Origin: a virus | Lineage: Duplodnaviria > Caudoviricetes | Reading direction: 5' to 3' (one strand) | Virus record (IMG/VR): IMGVR_UViG_3300021426_000089 | Coordinates: 4,126 to 68,125 of that record | Length of the DNA stretch: 64,000 nt | Shown: positions 53,943-62,684 of the stretch, piece after piece | How the letters are laid out: every line of letters begins with the position of its first letter | Position numbering within the stretch: the stretch's first letter is position 1 | Made by a program: the position numbers and the translations under genes | Notes under the pieces: generated by a model | Seen by the model: the letters and a program-made list of their open reading frames with translations, nothing else | The model's database searches: none | What the model was told of the DNA's origin: nothing

Positions 53943-54210
53943 TAACTCATTGATACACAACACCCTCGTTAGGTTTCGTTAATTTCAAAATCGAATTAAC
54001 GAGAAATGCGATTGATAATCAGTAAGTTACAAGGATTTCGTTAATTTCGTTAGGTTTTTTTTGTATTTACGCGCGGGAATAAATAGAAGAAAAGAATACG
54101 AATGAACCTCGCGAAATCAACGAGGATGCTGATATTCAATGCGTTACTTCGTTAATTTGCCATTTAACCTAACGAGAAATTAACGAGGACTCTGACAATC
54201 AGTAACTTAC
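53943..54210. repeat. Iteron-like array (origin or packaging site candidate)
   Basis: Nine YTCGTTRRKT 10-mers in both orientations plus four TGAT/CAATCA-type boxes in an AT-rich intergenic region. Confidence 0.75.
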
Positions 54211-54380
54211 GCATCCCCGCACCAGATTGGCCCAACACCGCAAAAAAATCAAAAAAAAATTTAGAGGGAAGGGGTCCGAAAGGACGCGATTTCTATACTT
54301 CCCCCCTTCCCCCCTTTGCGGCTCCGGGGCTGTCTCCGGCTGGCCGTCGCTGGCTGTTTATATTATCCGTATAATATAAA

Positions 54381-54971
54381 CTATTTCGGGCCGTTTTCGC
54401 TGTCCTGCTGGGCGTTTTTGTATAGCTGGCAATCTTTACAGCGCAAAGAAGTATAAAAGCGTTGTATTTCTGGCCCGGTTTCGTCGTCTGTCCTCGTCTG
54501 GGCTATTAGTTTTTGAATTGCTTGGATCGCGTCGGCTCTGGCTTTTGGGTCCTGTATTTCGTTTGCAAGTCGGTTTAATTCCTGCAGGGCGTTTTGTGTT
54601 TCGGTAAAGTCAATTTTTGCCGCTTTTGGTTTTTGCGTTCCATCTTTCCCGGTTTCGTTTCCTCCGTCGTCCTGTCCTCCATCCATCCCGGCGGCGTTTT
54701 CAGCGGCCCGGGCAGCGTCGTATTTTAGTGCAAATATATTTTCTTGATCCCGGTAAAAATCCACGACGGCGGCGGTATGTTTGTATTTACTTGCATATTC
54801 GCGGAGCGTTTTTTTGTTGGTTTCGTCTGTGTCTGGGTCTTTACCTTTGGCAAGTAGATATATTTTATTCCAGTCTTTGCAGCCTGTAACAATGGCCCAA
54901 ATTATCGCGGTTTTTTCGATCTGGTTTAATTCTCTGACTCTGTAAGCGTTTTTTTTCTGTGCTGGTTTCAT
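54381..54971 (-). CDS. Putative terminase small subunit-like protein
   Basis: N-terminal HTH-like region, helical middle, C-terminal RFYTSLRCKDC; family call tentative. Confidence 0.4.
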   Translation of the reverse strand: MKPAQKKNAYRVRELNQIEKTAIIWAIVTGCKDWNKIYLLAKGKDPDTDETNKKTLREYASKYKHTAAVVDFYRDQENIFALKYDAARAAENAAGMDGGQDDGGNETGKDGTQKPKAAKIDFTETQNALQELNRLANEIQDPKARADAIQAIQKLIAQTRTDDETGPEIQRFYTSLRCKDCQLYKNAQQDSENGPK

Positions 54972-55083
54972 CTGTTTTTTGTGCTGGGACTGTTTCAGGG
55001 TTCCGGCCTGCTGGCGGTTTTTCCCGGTCCCGGCTGGCAAATATATTTTTTTTCCTGAAAGGGTGAAATTTTTTGCAATTTAT

Positions 55084-55114
55084 TTTGTAGTTTAATAAAA
55101 TATTATTATATTTG
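55084..55114 (+). promoter_or_regulatory. Bacteroidetes primary-sigma promoter, early copy 1
   Basis: TTTGTAGTTTAATAAAATATTATTATATTTG. Confidence 0.85.
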
Positions 55115-55161
55115 TGTTGGATTTAGAACGGTAGCCCACCGGGACAAAGGGCGCAAAGATT

Positions 55162-55518
55162 ATGAAACATACAAATTTACAAAAAGCGGTTATTTGCTTG
55201 GGCCTTAATGATAAGGACAGCAAAAGACAGGAGATCGAAACAAGCGCCGCCGCCGGGATTCTTTCCGGCCTGCTGTGCTCCCGTTTTGCCGGGGCAACGG
55301 TTACGGCTTGCGCTGGGATTTATACCCACGACAACGGGCAACAAGTCCGAGAAAATTCTTTTTCCGTTGTGCTGTACTTCGTAACGCTGGAACAGGTCCG
55401 GGACTTTGCCGGGGAGCTGTGCCGGGTCTTTAATCAGGAAAGCGTAACGATCGAAACGGTGCGCCGGGGCTTTTTCGGGGACCGTTTAAACGTGGAATTT
55501 TTCCAGCCGGGCAAATAG
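55162..55518 (+). CDS. DUF3574-like / SAM-lyase-like first early protein
   Basis: GLNDKD, GAT..GIYTHDNGQQVRENS, FNQESV pattern. Confidence 0.5.
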   Translation: MKHTNLQKAVICLGLNDKDSKRQEIETSAAAGILSGLLCSRFAGATVTACAGIYTHDNGQQVRENSFSVVLYFVTLEQVRDFAGELCRVFNQESVTIETVRRGFFGDRLNVEFFQPGK

Positions 55519-55605
55519 TCCCGGTTTGGAATTTTCGCGGCTGTCTGGGACCGCTGCCGGGATCGTCGCCCGGGGCCGCGCCAAAACTTTTTAATACTTT
55601 GCATT

Positions 55606-55788
55606 ATGAAATTTTATTTTACCCTTTCCGACGTTCCGCAAATGATGGAAAATATTAAAAGCCTCCCGGCGTTCGTCCTGTCCTCCTTTGTCCGCGCCGC
55701 TGGTATGGATCCGGCTTGCTTACTCTGGCCAGATTCCGCAAAATACGAATATATCGAGGACGTTTTAACAAGCCGCGCCGGGGCCTGA
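55606..55788 (+). CDS. Early hypothetical protein
   Basis: ORF between repeated hairpins. Confidence 0.5.
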   Translation: MKFYFTLSDVPQMMENIKSLPAFVLSSFVRAAGMDPACLLWPDSAKYEYIEDVLTSRAGA

Positions 55789-55909
55789 ACCGTTTCTAAA
55801 TCCGCCGCCGCTGGAATATTGGAACAGCGCCGGGATCGTACCCCGGCCAGCGGCCAAAACTCAAACAATTAAAACCGCCGCCGACGGAATAAAGACAGGC
55901 GCAAAGATT

Positions 55910-56254
55910 ATGGAACGTATTAAAAAAATCGAATTGAACGGCGTAACTTTCGAGGTTTTCGGCCAGTATTACGAGACGCGGAACAGCTGGGGCCATTACG
56001 GGTATTTACTACAGGATGGCCGCGAAATAGCCCGGGACAAAATCCGCTATTATAATAGGACGTGGGAGGCGTACCGCTTCCAGAGCGCGGGCCGGGGCGC
56101 TGTGTATAACTGGCTGAAACAGCTGCAAGCCGCGGCGCTGGAGCGTTACCGGGAGGCCACGGGCCGGGTGCGCCTGTCTCAATCCCTGAAAGATGGCATT
56201 TTCAAACTGGATCCAGACATCCAGAACGCCCGGGCAATTCTGGCAGCGCTGTAG
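55910..56254 (+). CDS. Early hypothetical protein
   Basis: Leader GGCGCAAAGATTATG shared with the 55162 gene. Confidence 0.65.
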   Translation: MERIKKIELNGVTFEVFGQYYETRNSWGHYGYLLQDGREIARDKIRYYNRTWEAYRFQSAGRGAVYNWLKQLQAAALERYREATGRVRLSQSLKDGIFKLDPDIQNARAILAAL

Positions 56255-56371
56255 GGCTGGAGGACCAGACCGGGCACGGAGGACGGAACAGGGGCAGCGA
56301 CAGCCCCGCCCGGTCCCACTGTTTAACAATAGAGCCGAGGAGCCGACGGCATAAAACGGGCACAAATAGCA

Positions 56372-56596
56372 ATGAAAAAAGCGGCATTTTTTGAGACTCT
56401 GGGCAGCTGGGCGGGCGCTGTAGTGGGTGCGGCATTTAGCGCCCTTATCTGGGCCGAAAAACGGGTATTTTTCAGGACCGGGATCAGGGGCCGGGCTCTG
56501 GCTTGGCTGTGGCACGAACAGGGCCAGAGGCTGCAAAAGCGACTGAACAGCCAGCACGGGACCGCGATCCAGTACGGGTATATTTCCAGCAAGTAA
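56372..56596 (+). CDS. Early hypothetical protein
   Basis: Repeated leader motif upstream. Confidence 0.5.
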   Translation: MKKAAFFETLGSWAGAVVGAAFSALIWAEKRVFFRTGIRGRALAWLWHEQGQRLQKRLNSQHGTAIQYGYISSK

Positions 56597-56610
56597 GGGA
56601 GGGCCAGAAT

Positions 56611-56832
56611 ATGCAAACGATCCGGCAAATAGTAGGGGCCACGCCCCGGGCCAGCTTCGCCCGGCCTTACATCAGGGAGGAGGAGGACGGCACGGCCACG
56701 ATCAAGACAGGGAGCCCGGCGGATGCCGTGCGGGTGATCGAGGCGCTGCGGGCGGGAGGATATGCCGCCAGACTGGAGGGGCCGAGGGAGGCCACCCGGG
56801 TACGGGCTGCGGCTCTCGCCTGTCTACTGTAA
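56611..56832 (+). CDS. Early hypothetical protein
   Basis: ATG 56611. Confidence 0.5.
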   Translation: MQTIRQIVGATPRASFARPYIREEEDGTATIKTGSPADAVRVIEALRAGGYAARLEGPREATRVRAAALACLL

Positions 56833-56911
56833 ACGAACAGGAGCCCGGGGACAGTCCAGAACGGGGAGGCGGGATCCCCGCCGGGCGCAAATTATCAAAC
56901 ACTTTCAAGCA

Positions 56912-57145
56912 ATGAAAACAGCCTATTTTATCGTAACAATCCCCGACGGGGAGCACTTCGTAACAGCGGCCACAACCAACGGCCAGAAGCTCGCCTATCT
57001 CGATTTTTTCGACAGGGCGCTATTATACCGCTATTTCAGGCCCGGAGCCATCGACATCCGCCGGATCACGGCACGGGAGGCCAGCAAACGGCACGACACC
57101 CCCGCCAGCTTCCGGGATTTGTTCAGGCTGGGACAGTGGCAGTAA
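56912..57145 (+). CDS. Early hypothetical protein
   Basis: ATG 56912 after a hairpin element. Confidence 0.55.
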   Translation: MKTAYFIVTIPDGEHFVTAATTNGQKLAYLDFFDRALLYRYFRPGAIDIRRITAREASKRHDTPASFRDLFRLGQWQ

Positions 57146-57172
57146 AATTTTCTGAAATTTTCTGTAAAAAAG

Positions 57173-57203
57173 TTTGTAGTTTAATAATATTTTATTAACT
57201 TTG
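57173..57203 (+). promoter_or_regulatory. Early promoter copy 2
   Basis: TTTGTAGTTTAATAATATTTTATTAACTTTG. Confidence 0.85.
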
Positions 57204-57255
57204 TACCAGAATTAGAACGGAGGAGCCAACCGAGACAAACAGGCATTTTTAAGCT

Positions 57256-57633
57256 ATGGCACAGACCAGCACCAACACCACCACCAAGCGGGCCACCCGC
57301 AAAGACGAAAAGAACTGGATCGCCCAGATCGTCGCCAACATCCCCGCCGACCTTCTCAACGAGAGCGGCGACCCCTTCCAGACCACCGCCGACAACATCC
57401 GGCGCATAATGTACGACCGCAACGGGCGGAAGTACTACAGGACCGCGACCGAGGCGGCGCAGCACTTCCTGCAGGGGCTGGGCCTGCACGGGTTCCCCTT
57501 CACCAGCGAGGAACAGGCCGAGATCCTGACGGGCTGGGGCTTCAAGGCCACGGATCGGGCTCTGGAAAACTTCTGGACCGTTAGCGCCGGGCTGCTGGTG
57601 GAGGTCCTGCAGGACAAGGGCCTGACGATATAA
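57256..57633 (+). CDS. Early hypothetical protein
   Basis: First gene after promoter 2. Confidence 0.65.
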   Translation: MAQTSTNTTTKRATRKDEKNWIAQIVANIPADLLNESGDPFQTTADNIRRIMYDRNGRKYYRTATEAAQHFLQGLGLHGFPFTSEEQAEILTGWGFKATDRALENFWTVSAGLLVEVLQDKGLTI

Positions 57634-57735
57634 GACCAAGCCGGGGACGGAGGACGGCCACAGGGAGCGACACCCTGCCCCGGCTCAAATAATTTTCAAG
57701 ACCTCACGGCCAGAGGATAACACGGCCAGAACACT

Positions 57736-58377
57736 ATGAGCGCACCGAATTTTTTCAAGACAAACGCCAGCAAGTTTTACGTACTGGACTGCCGCACCTT
57801 CTGGAAGGACGGCGAGCAACTGGAGACCTACGAGGAGGGCTGCACGGTTTACGATGATACCGAGGACGAGATCGAATACATTCAGGAGAACGCAACCAGC
57901 GCCGGGACCAAATCCGGCTACTACAACCGCTGGAAGCGCCCCGGCGACTCTGACAAGTACAGGGGCCGCGACTCCGTGGCCATTCTGGAAAAAGTCGAGG
58001 GCCTGAACCTGTCCCCGGCCTGCGGTATGGATCTGACCATCGAGATACAGTACAACGTCGGACGCTACGAAGCCGGGTGCTTGGATTGGTCTATCTACGC
58101 CTGCGACGAAAACGGGTGCAGCTTCGATGGAGAATACGCCCCGGAGGACGTGGAGGGGCTGGTCCGGGACGCTCTGGACTATGTAAGCTGGCGGGAATCG
58201 TACTGGAACCCGGGCCTTATCAAGATGCAGGCAAAGAACATCGCCCAGAAGGTACGCCGGGCCGTGGAAAAGGCAATGGAGGAGGCGGAGGACTTCTGCC
58301 GCCAGAACTGCACCGGGGTATATGAGCTGGCCTATATGTTCAGCAACGGCGAAGCCGGGTACAACAAGGTTGCATAA
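57736..58377 (+). CDS. Early acidic hypothetical protein
   Basis: MSAPNF.. start, 213 aa. Confidence 0.65.
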   Translation: MSAPNFFKTNASKFYVLDCRTFWKDGEQLETYEEGCTVYDDTEDEIEYIQENATSAGTKSGYYNRWKRPGDSDKYRGRDSVAILEKVEGLNLSPACGMDLTIEIQYNVGRYEAGCLDWSIYACDENGCSFDGEYAPEDVEGLVRDALDYVSWRESYWNPGLIKMQAKNIAQKVRRAVEKAMEEAEDFCRQNCTGVYELAYMFSNGEAGYNKVA

Positions 58378-58403
58378 TTTTGAAATATTAAAAACTACAA
58401 GAT

Positions 58404-58874
58404 ATGAAAATCGAAATCACAGACAGACAGGCGGTAGTGCTGGGGATCGCCATCACCAGCTATAACAAAGAGCTGGAGGAATACAAAAAGAGAAGCGGGG
58501 AACAGCCCGGTGGCTACAACGAGGCCGCCCAGCAACTAACAGAGACCAAGACCATTTTAGGCATCATTGACAAAGGACTTGCCAGAGAGAAGGGCCGGAT
58601 CTCCCCCAACTTCAAGAAGGAACTGCACGACCTTGCAACGGAGGCATTCTGGTACATTAAAAAGCAGGTGGACGAACAGGGCCATATCAGCGCCATCGCC
58701 AAATACGCCGGGAACGTGCTGGCGTGGAATGACTGCCACGAATACCCCTTTGTGGGGATAGGGACCCGGGGCGAGGTCGTAATGTATAACGACAACTGGC
58801 ACGGGCATAATGCCACCGACTCCGAGATTCTGGAAATTGCTATCAAGCTACAGGAGGGGCAGGGGAATGTTTAG
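58404..58874 (+). CDS. Early hypothetical protein
   Basis: Operon ORF. Confidence 0.6.
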   Translation: MKIEITDRQAVVLGIAITSYNKELEEYKKRSGEQPGGYNEAAQQLTETKTILGIIDKGLAREKGRISPNFKKELHDLATEAFWYIKKQVDEQGHISAIAKYAGNVLAWNDCHEYPFVGIGTRGEVVMYNDNWHGHNATDSEILEIAIKLQEGQGNV

Positions 58875-58961
58875 TTTTGCCGTGGTATTTTACGCTTTTA
58901 TATTCTGGTTTATCGTTACGTGGATTTATTTAGCAATCAAAGACAGGAGGAAATAAAGATG

Positions 58962-59198
58962 AGAACAACACATTTCAGACCGATGAAAAGGGACAAGGAG
59001 CAGGGGAACAAGGCACGGGCACTGGCCCGGGTTATGGCCCAGCAGCTCAAACAGGCGGGGCACATCGTGGCCGAGTCCGTGAAAGAGTACGCGACCAGCG
59101 CCGACTTTGAGACAGTGCAGGATCTGGCCTACAAGCTGGCCGATGAGCACCCCGGCCTCTATAGCACCGCCAACCTCTCCATCATCGAGACAGAATAA
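58962..59198 (+). CDS. Early hypothetical protein
   Basis: Likely start MRTTHF; approximate. Confidence 0.45.
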   Translation, partial: RTTHFRPMKRDKEQGNKARALARVMAQQLKQAGHIVAESVKEYATSADFETVQDLAYKLADEHPGLYSTANLSIIETE

Positions 59199-59291
59199 AG
59201 TGCAGATACATTGCACAATTATAGCTTACCTTTGCAACGTCAAACCCAGAACCGCGAGTCCGGCGGAATAGAAGAAGGACCACACCCAGAT

Positions 59292-60251
59292 ATGGAACTC
59301 ACCATCGCCCAAATCCGAATGAAGGCCGACATCATCAAAACCTACAAGACCACCGACGAGCTGGTCCCCGGCGACTTCCTGTACCTCATTTGCTCCGGCC
59401 TGAAAAACGACGGAGGCATCCCCGATGCTATGTACTGGATCGACCACTATTCAAACCGCAAGGGCGAATTTGTCAACCGCCCCGTGCTGTGCGAGGTGGA
59501 GAAGGTTATCTTCACCACCGACAAGAAGATGATGGCCGAGGACTTCGTGCCGGGCAAGGGCGGGACCCGCATCTACGACGTGCCGGAGGGCTACGAACCC
59601 TTCCGCTATCCCGAGCACAAATACTTGGACCACGCCGTGCAGCTTGTCACGCTGGTTTATGCCGAGGACACGGGCCGCTACTTCTTCACGGACCGTCAGG
59701 GCTACGACTATAACCGCTATATCTACGTGCGGCCCCGCACCGTGCGGAAGATGTTCCGGCCCGAGATCCGCCGCATCCGTCGCCGCCGTGAGTGGTACGA
59801 GGAGCAGGCCCGGCTCCAGCACCTCAACGCCTGCAAAAGGGCGGGTATTTTGGCCGAGAAAAGGCTGGAGAAGGATTTCCCCTACCTCAACCCGCAAAAG
59901 TCCCTGAAATGGAACCTGACCGCCATTTTCAAGCATTATGGCGTAGATGTTCAGGTCAAGCAGTGGAGCAAGCCCCGCTACTATGACCATCCCTTCTTCG
60001 ACATCAATTACTACAGGGAGCAGGACCGCTCCATTATCTCCGAGGTACTGCAAGTCTTGGAGGGTCGCTGGAACAACTGGGAAAGCCTCCAGTACGCCAA
60101 AGACCTGTCGCCGAAGGGCTATTGCTGGCACGAGTCCCGGACCGGGAACAGCTACGACGATCACATCTTCCACAACTGTTTCGAGGAGAAGTTCGGCAGG
60201 TGGCAGAGCCTACAATGCGGCTTCCTCATCCGGGAGACGGTAACGGCATAA
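59292..60251 (+). CDS. Early multidomain hypothetical protein
   Basis: ATG 59292, 319 aa. Confidence 0.6.
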   Translation: MELTIAQIRMKADIIKTYKTTDELVPGDFLYLICSGLKNDGGIPDAMYWIDHYSNRKGEFVNRPVLCEVEKVIFTTDKKMMAEDFVPGKGGTRIYDVPEGYEPFRYPEHKYLDHAVQLVTLVYAEDTGRYFFTDRQGYDYNRYIYVRPRTVRKMFRPEIRRIRRRREWYEEQARLQHLNACKRAGILAEKRLEKDFPYLNPQKSLKWNLTAIFKHYGVDVQVKQWSKPRYYDHPFFDINYYREQDRSIISEVLQVLEGRWNNWESLQYAKDLSPKGYCWHESRTGNSYDDHIFHNCFEEKFGRWQSLQCGFLIRETVTA

Positions 60252-60397
60252 TCAGGAACGAGAGGGTGAAGGGGAGGGCCAACCATTTGCGCAGATGGCA
60301 GGGGGCGCGAAGGAAGCAAACCCGCTTGGCTGAATCCGGGATAAACACCACGAGAACCACCCGGCCCCTCTTTTTTCTGAAACTTTCTTCAAAAAAG

Positions 60398-60428
60398 TTT
60401 GTAGTTTAATAAAATATTATTAACTTTG
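60398..60428 (+). promoter_or_regulatory. Early promoter copy 3
   Basis: TTTGTAGTTTAATAAAATATTATTAACTTTG. Confidence 0.85.
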
Positions 60429-60481
60429 CATCAGTTAATGATTGAACCGCCGCCGACGGAATACAAACAGGCAAGAAAGAA

Positions 60482-61174
60482 ATGCAACACATCATCAGAA
60501 CCAGCACCGATTTACTCCCGATCCTCTGCCCGGACCTTTACGAGACCGCCATCAGCCCGAGCACCGTTTTTGACTGGGAACAGGAACAACTCTGCGAGGA
60601 ACTGCCGGAGAGCATCAACCCCTACAATATGGCCATAGACCTGAACAAGTACCTCTGCCGCTTGGTCGAGTACGCCAACGAGGTGATAGAGGCCGAGGTC
60701 CTGCCCCAGCTCAAAGCCTACGGCGTAGTGGAGATCAAGGCCGGAGCCTTCAACCATCCGAGCTACTACCAGCTGGGAAGTGGCCGAGCCGACATCATCA
60801 ACTTCGACATCATCGTGGAGGATGAGTTCTTCACGAAGATGGCCCCGGAGCTGGAACGGATGAGCAAGGACGCAGCGGCCCAGCGCTATTGCAAGGACCA
60901 CTGGCAGGACAGGCCCGGCTTCTGGAGCTGGATGCCGGGGACCGTGGAGCAGATCCTGCAGGGCTGGGACTACTTCACCGAGGTGCGGCAGCAGTCGGCA
61001 TACCTCACCCTCCTTTGCCGGGAGAACGGCCTGCTCTGGCGCGACGACGACACGCAGGAGGACGGCGAGGCCCAGAGCCTCTGGGAGGAGAAGGTGGCCG
61101 AGAACCTGTGTTTCGAGGACTTTATCAGCGAGGAGGACTGTGCCCTCATCGAAGCAAACAGAGTGGAGGCGTAG
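60482..61174 (+). CDS. Early acidic hypothetical protein
   Basis: First gene after promoter 3. Confidence 0.65.
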   Translation: MQHIIRTSTDLLPILCPDLYETAISPSTVFDWEQEQLCEELPESINPYNMAIDLNKYLCRLVEYANEVIEAEVLPQLKAYGVVEIKAGAFNHPSYYQLGSGRADIINFDIIVEDEFFTKMAPELERMSKDAAAQRYCKDHWQDRPGFWSWMPGTVEQILQGWDYFTEVRQQSAYLTLLCRENGLLWRDDDTQEDGEAQSLWEEKVAENLCFEDFISEEDCALIEANRVEA

Positions 61175-61176
61175 GT

Positions 61177-61488
61177 ATGGCAGTACTGGATAGAACCATC
61201 AAGCGAATCGGCGGCTTCCTCATCGGAGACAGCGAGGAGCACGGCAAGGACCAGATCATCAGCCGGGACTTCTACTTCCCGCACCGGGAAAACAATCTGG
61301 CCAACCAGCAGATCATCAACGAGGCGATGGCCTACGCCCGGGACCATCACTACACCAACATCAGGGTTGAGATAGTAAGAAGCTGGGCTGTCACCATAAA
61401 GCAGGGAATCATCGGCTGGAAGGAGTACAGTCGCAAGGTAATGAAGTTCACGGACGAGGTAAAAGACATTTTCGTATGTGCGAGTTAA
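61177..61488 (+). CDS. Hypothetical protein
   Basis: MAVLDRTIK start, approximate. Confidence 0.5.
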   Translation: MAVLDRTIKRIGGFLIGDSEEHGKDQIISRDFYFPHRENNLANQQIINEAMAYARDHHYTNIRVEIVRSWAVTIKQGIIGWKEYSRKVMKFTDEVKDIFVCAS

Positions 61489-62297
61489 TAGCAGCAATCA
61501 GACAAAGTGCAGGGGTACAGGCCCCGGCTCTCATCAAGCACCTGACGGCATCCGGCATCAGCGAATGGCACGACCTCACAAAAGCCCGCCTGTTCGCCTT
61601 TAGAGACGACGTACTGGAGGAGGTGGCCCAGACTTCCGCCCGAACCTATTTCGCGGTTTTGAAGGGGGTTCTGGCTCGCTACGAGGACGAGGAGGAGTTC
61701 TGCCGCGACTACCGCGACATCCTCCACGCCCGGAAGGAGGCCCCGGTCAAGACCTACCTCACGATGGCCGAACTCAAACGGCTGGAACAGGTCAGGACCG
61801 ACACCGCAGTGGAGCAGCAAGTCTTGTATCAGTTCCTGATCGGAGCCTACACCGGGATGCGAATCTCTGACATCCGGGAGGTGACGGCCGAGAACGTGGT
61901 GGATGGCCAGCTCTCCTACGTGTCGAAGAAAACGGCAGTCCACGCCGTAGTCCCGTGCAGCGAACGGGTACAGGGTTATATCCTCTGGGTGCAGGCCAAC
62001 GAGCAGGAGGTGACACTGGCGGGCTATAACAAGGCCATACGCCGCCTCTGCCACCGGGCCGGAATCTGCGACCGAGTGAAAGTGTACAAGGCCGGGACAA
62101 CCCTTACCGGGCCCAAATATGAGTACGTCAGCAGCCACACCGCCCGCATCAGCTTCTGTACCAACCTCTCCAAGCTGCACGTCCCCCTGTTGGATATTTC
62201 CAGAATGGCTGGCCACACCAACACGGCAATGACCGAGCGCTATATTGTGAACACGAATGTTGAACTGCCGCAGTCGGCACTAAAATACTTTGCGTAA
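61476..62297 (+). CDS. Tyrosine recombinase/integrase-family protein (short)
   Basis: GMRISD (R), SKKT (K), HTAR (HxxR), AGH...TERY (H,Y). Confidence 0.9.
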   Translation: MCELIAAIRQSAGVQAPALIKHLTASGISEWHDLTKARLFAFRDDVLEEVAQTSARTYFAVLKGVLARYEDEEEFCRDYRDILHARKEAPVKTYLTMAELKRLEQVRTDTAVEQQVLYQFLIGAYTGMRISDIREVTAENVVDGQLSYVSKKTAVHAVVPCSERVQGYILWVQANEQEVTLAGYNKAIRRLCHRAGICDRVKVYKAGTTLTGPKYEYVSSHTARISFCTNLSKLHVPLLDISRMAGHTNTAMTERYIVNTNVELPQSALKYFA

Positions 62298-62641
62298 TGA
62301 AAAAGGTACGGAAATATGAAATCTACCTCCAGTCGAAGGCATCAGCAGCGACGAACGACTTTCGAACGGAGGAGTTCCAAAGTTGCTCCAGCTACCGGGA
62401 AGGAATGAAGGAGGCCAAGCGCCTGTCGGCCCTGTGCCCGTTTAAGGGCAGCAACGGCGCAGAGATTGTGAACATCGAACTGGTTTGCGAGATCTGCGAC
62501 AAGGACGAATGGGGCGGGCTCTGGAACTTTGAAGCCATCTTCTACGAGGAGTTCACCAACGGCCAGCACATCGGACGCTATGCACCCGGCCCGGACGGGA
62601 CGTGGAGATTACACCCAGTGAGAAGGAAGGCCCGGAAATGA
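62297..62641 (+). CDS. Hypothetical protein
   Basis: Coupled to the recombinase stop. Confidence 0.55.
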   Translation: MKKVRKYEIYLQSKASAATNDFRTEEFQSCSSYREGMKEAKRLSALCPFKGSNGAEIVNIELVCEICDKDEWGGLWNFEAIFYEEFTNGQHIGRYAPGPDGTWRLHPVRRKARK

Positions 62642-62684
62642 CAATCGGCCAGAATAACGTGAACCGTTAATCCAGCCGATTTAG

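Larger units (their letters stand above)
55807..57685 (+). ncRNA. Family of four bulged two-stem RNA hairpins (55807-55854, 56268-56315, 56843-56886, 57639-57685)
   Basis: Outer 6-8-bp stem, 13-15-nt 5' bulge, inner 5-6-bp stem, 7-nt loop; compensatory changes between copies. Confidence 0.65.

Noticed and set aside
60255-60380. Structured intergenic segment before early promoter 3
   Set aside because: Hairpins are present but it does not match the bulged-hairpin family; adequately explained as a terminator region
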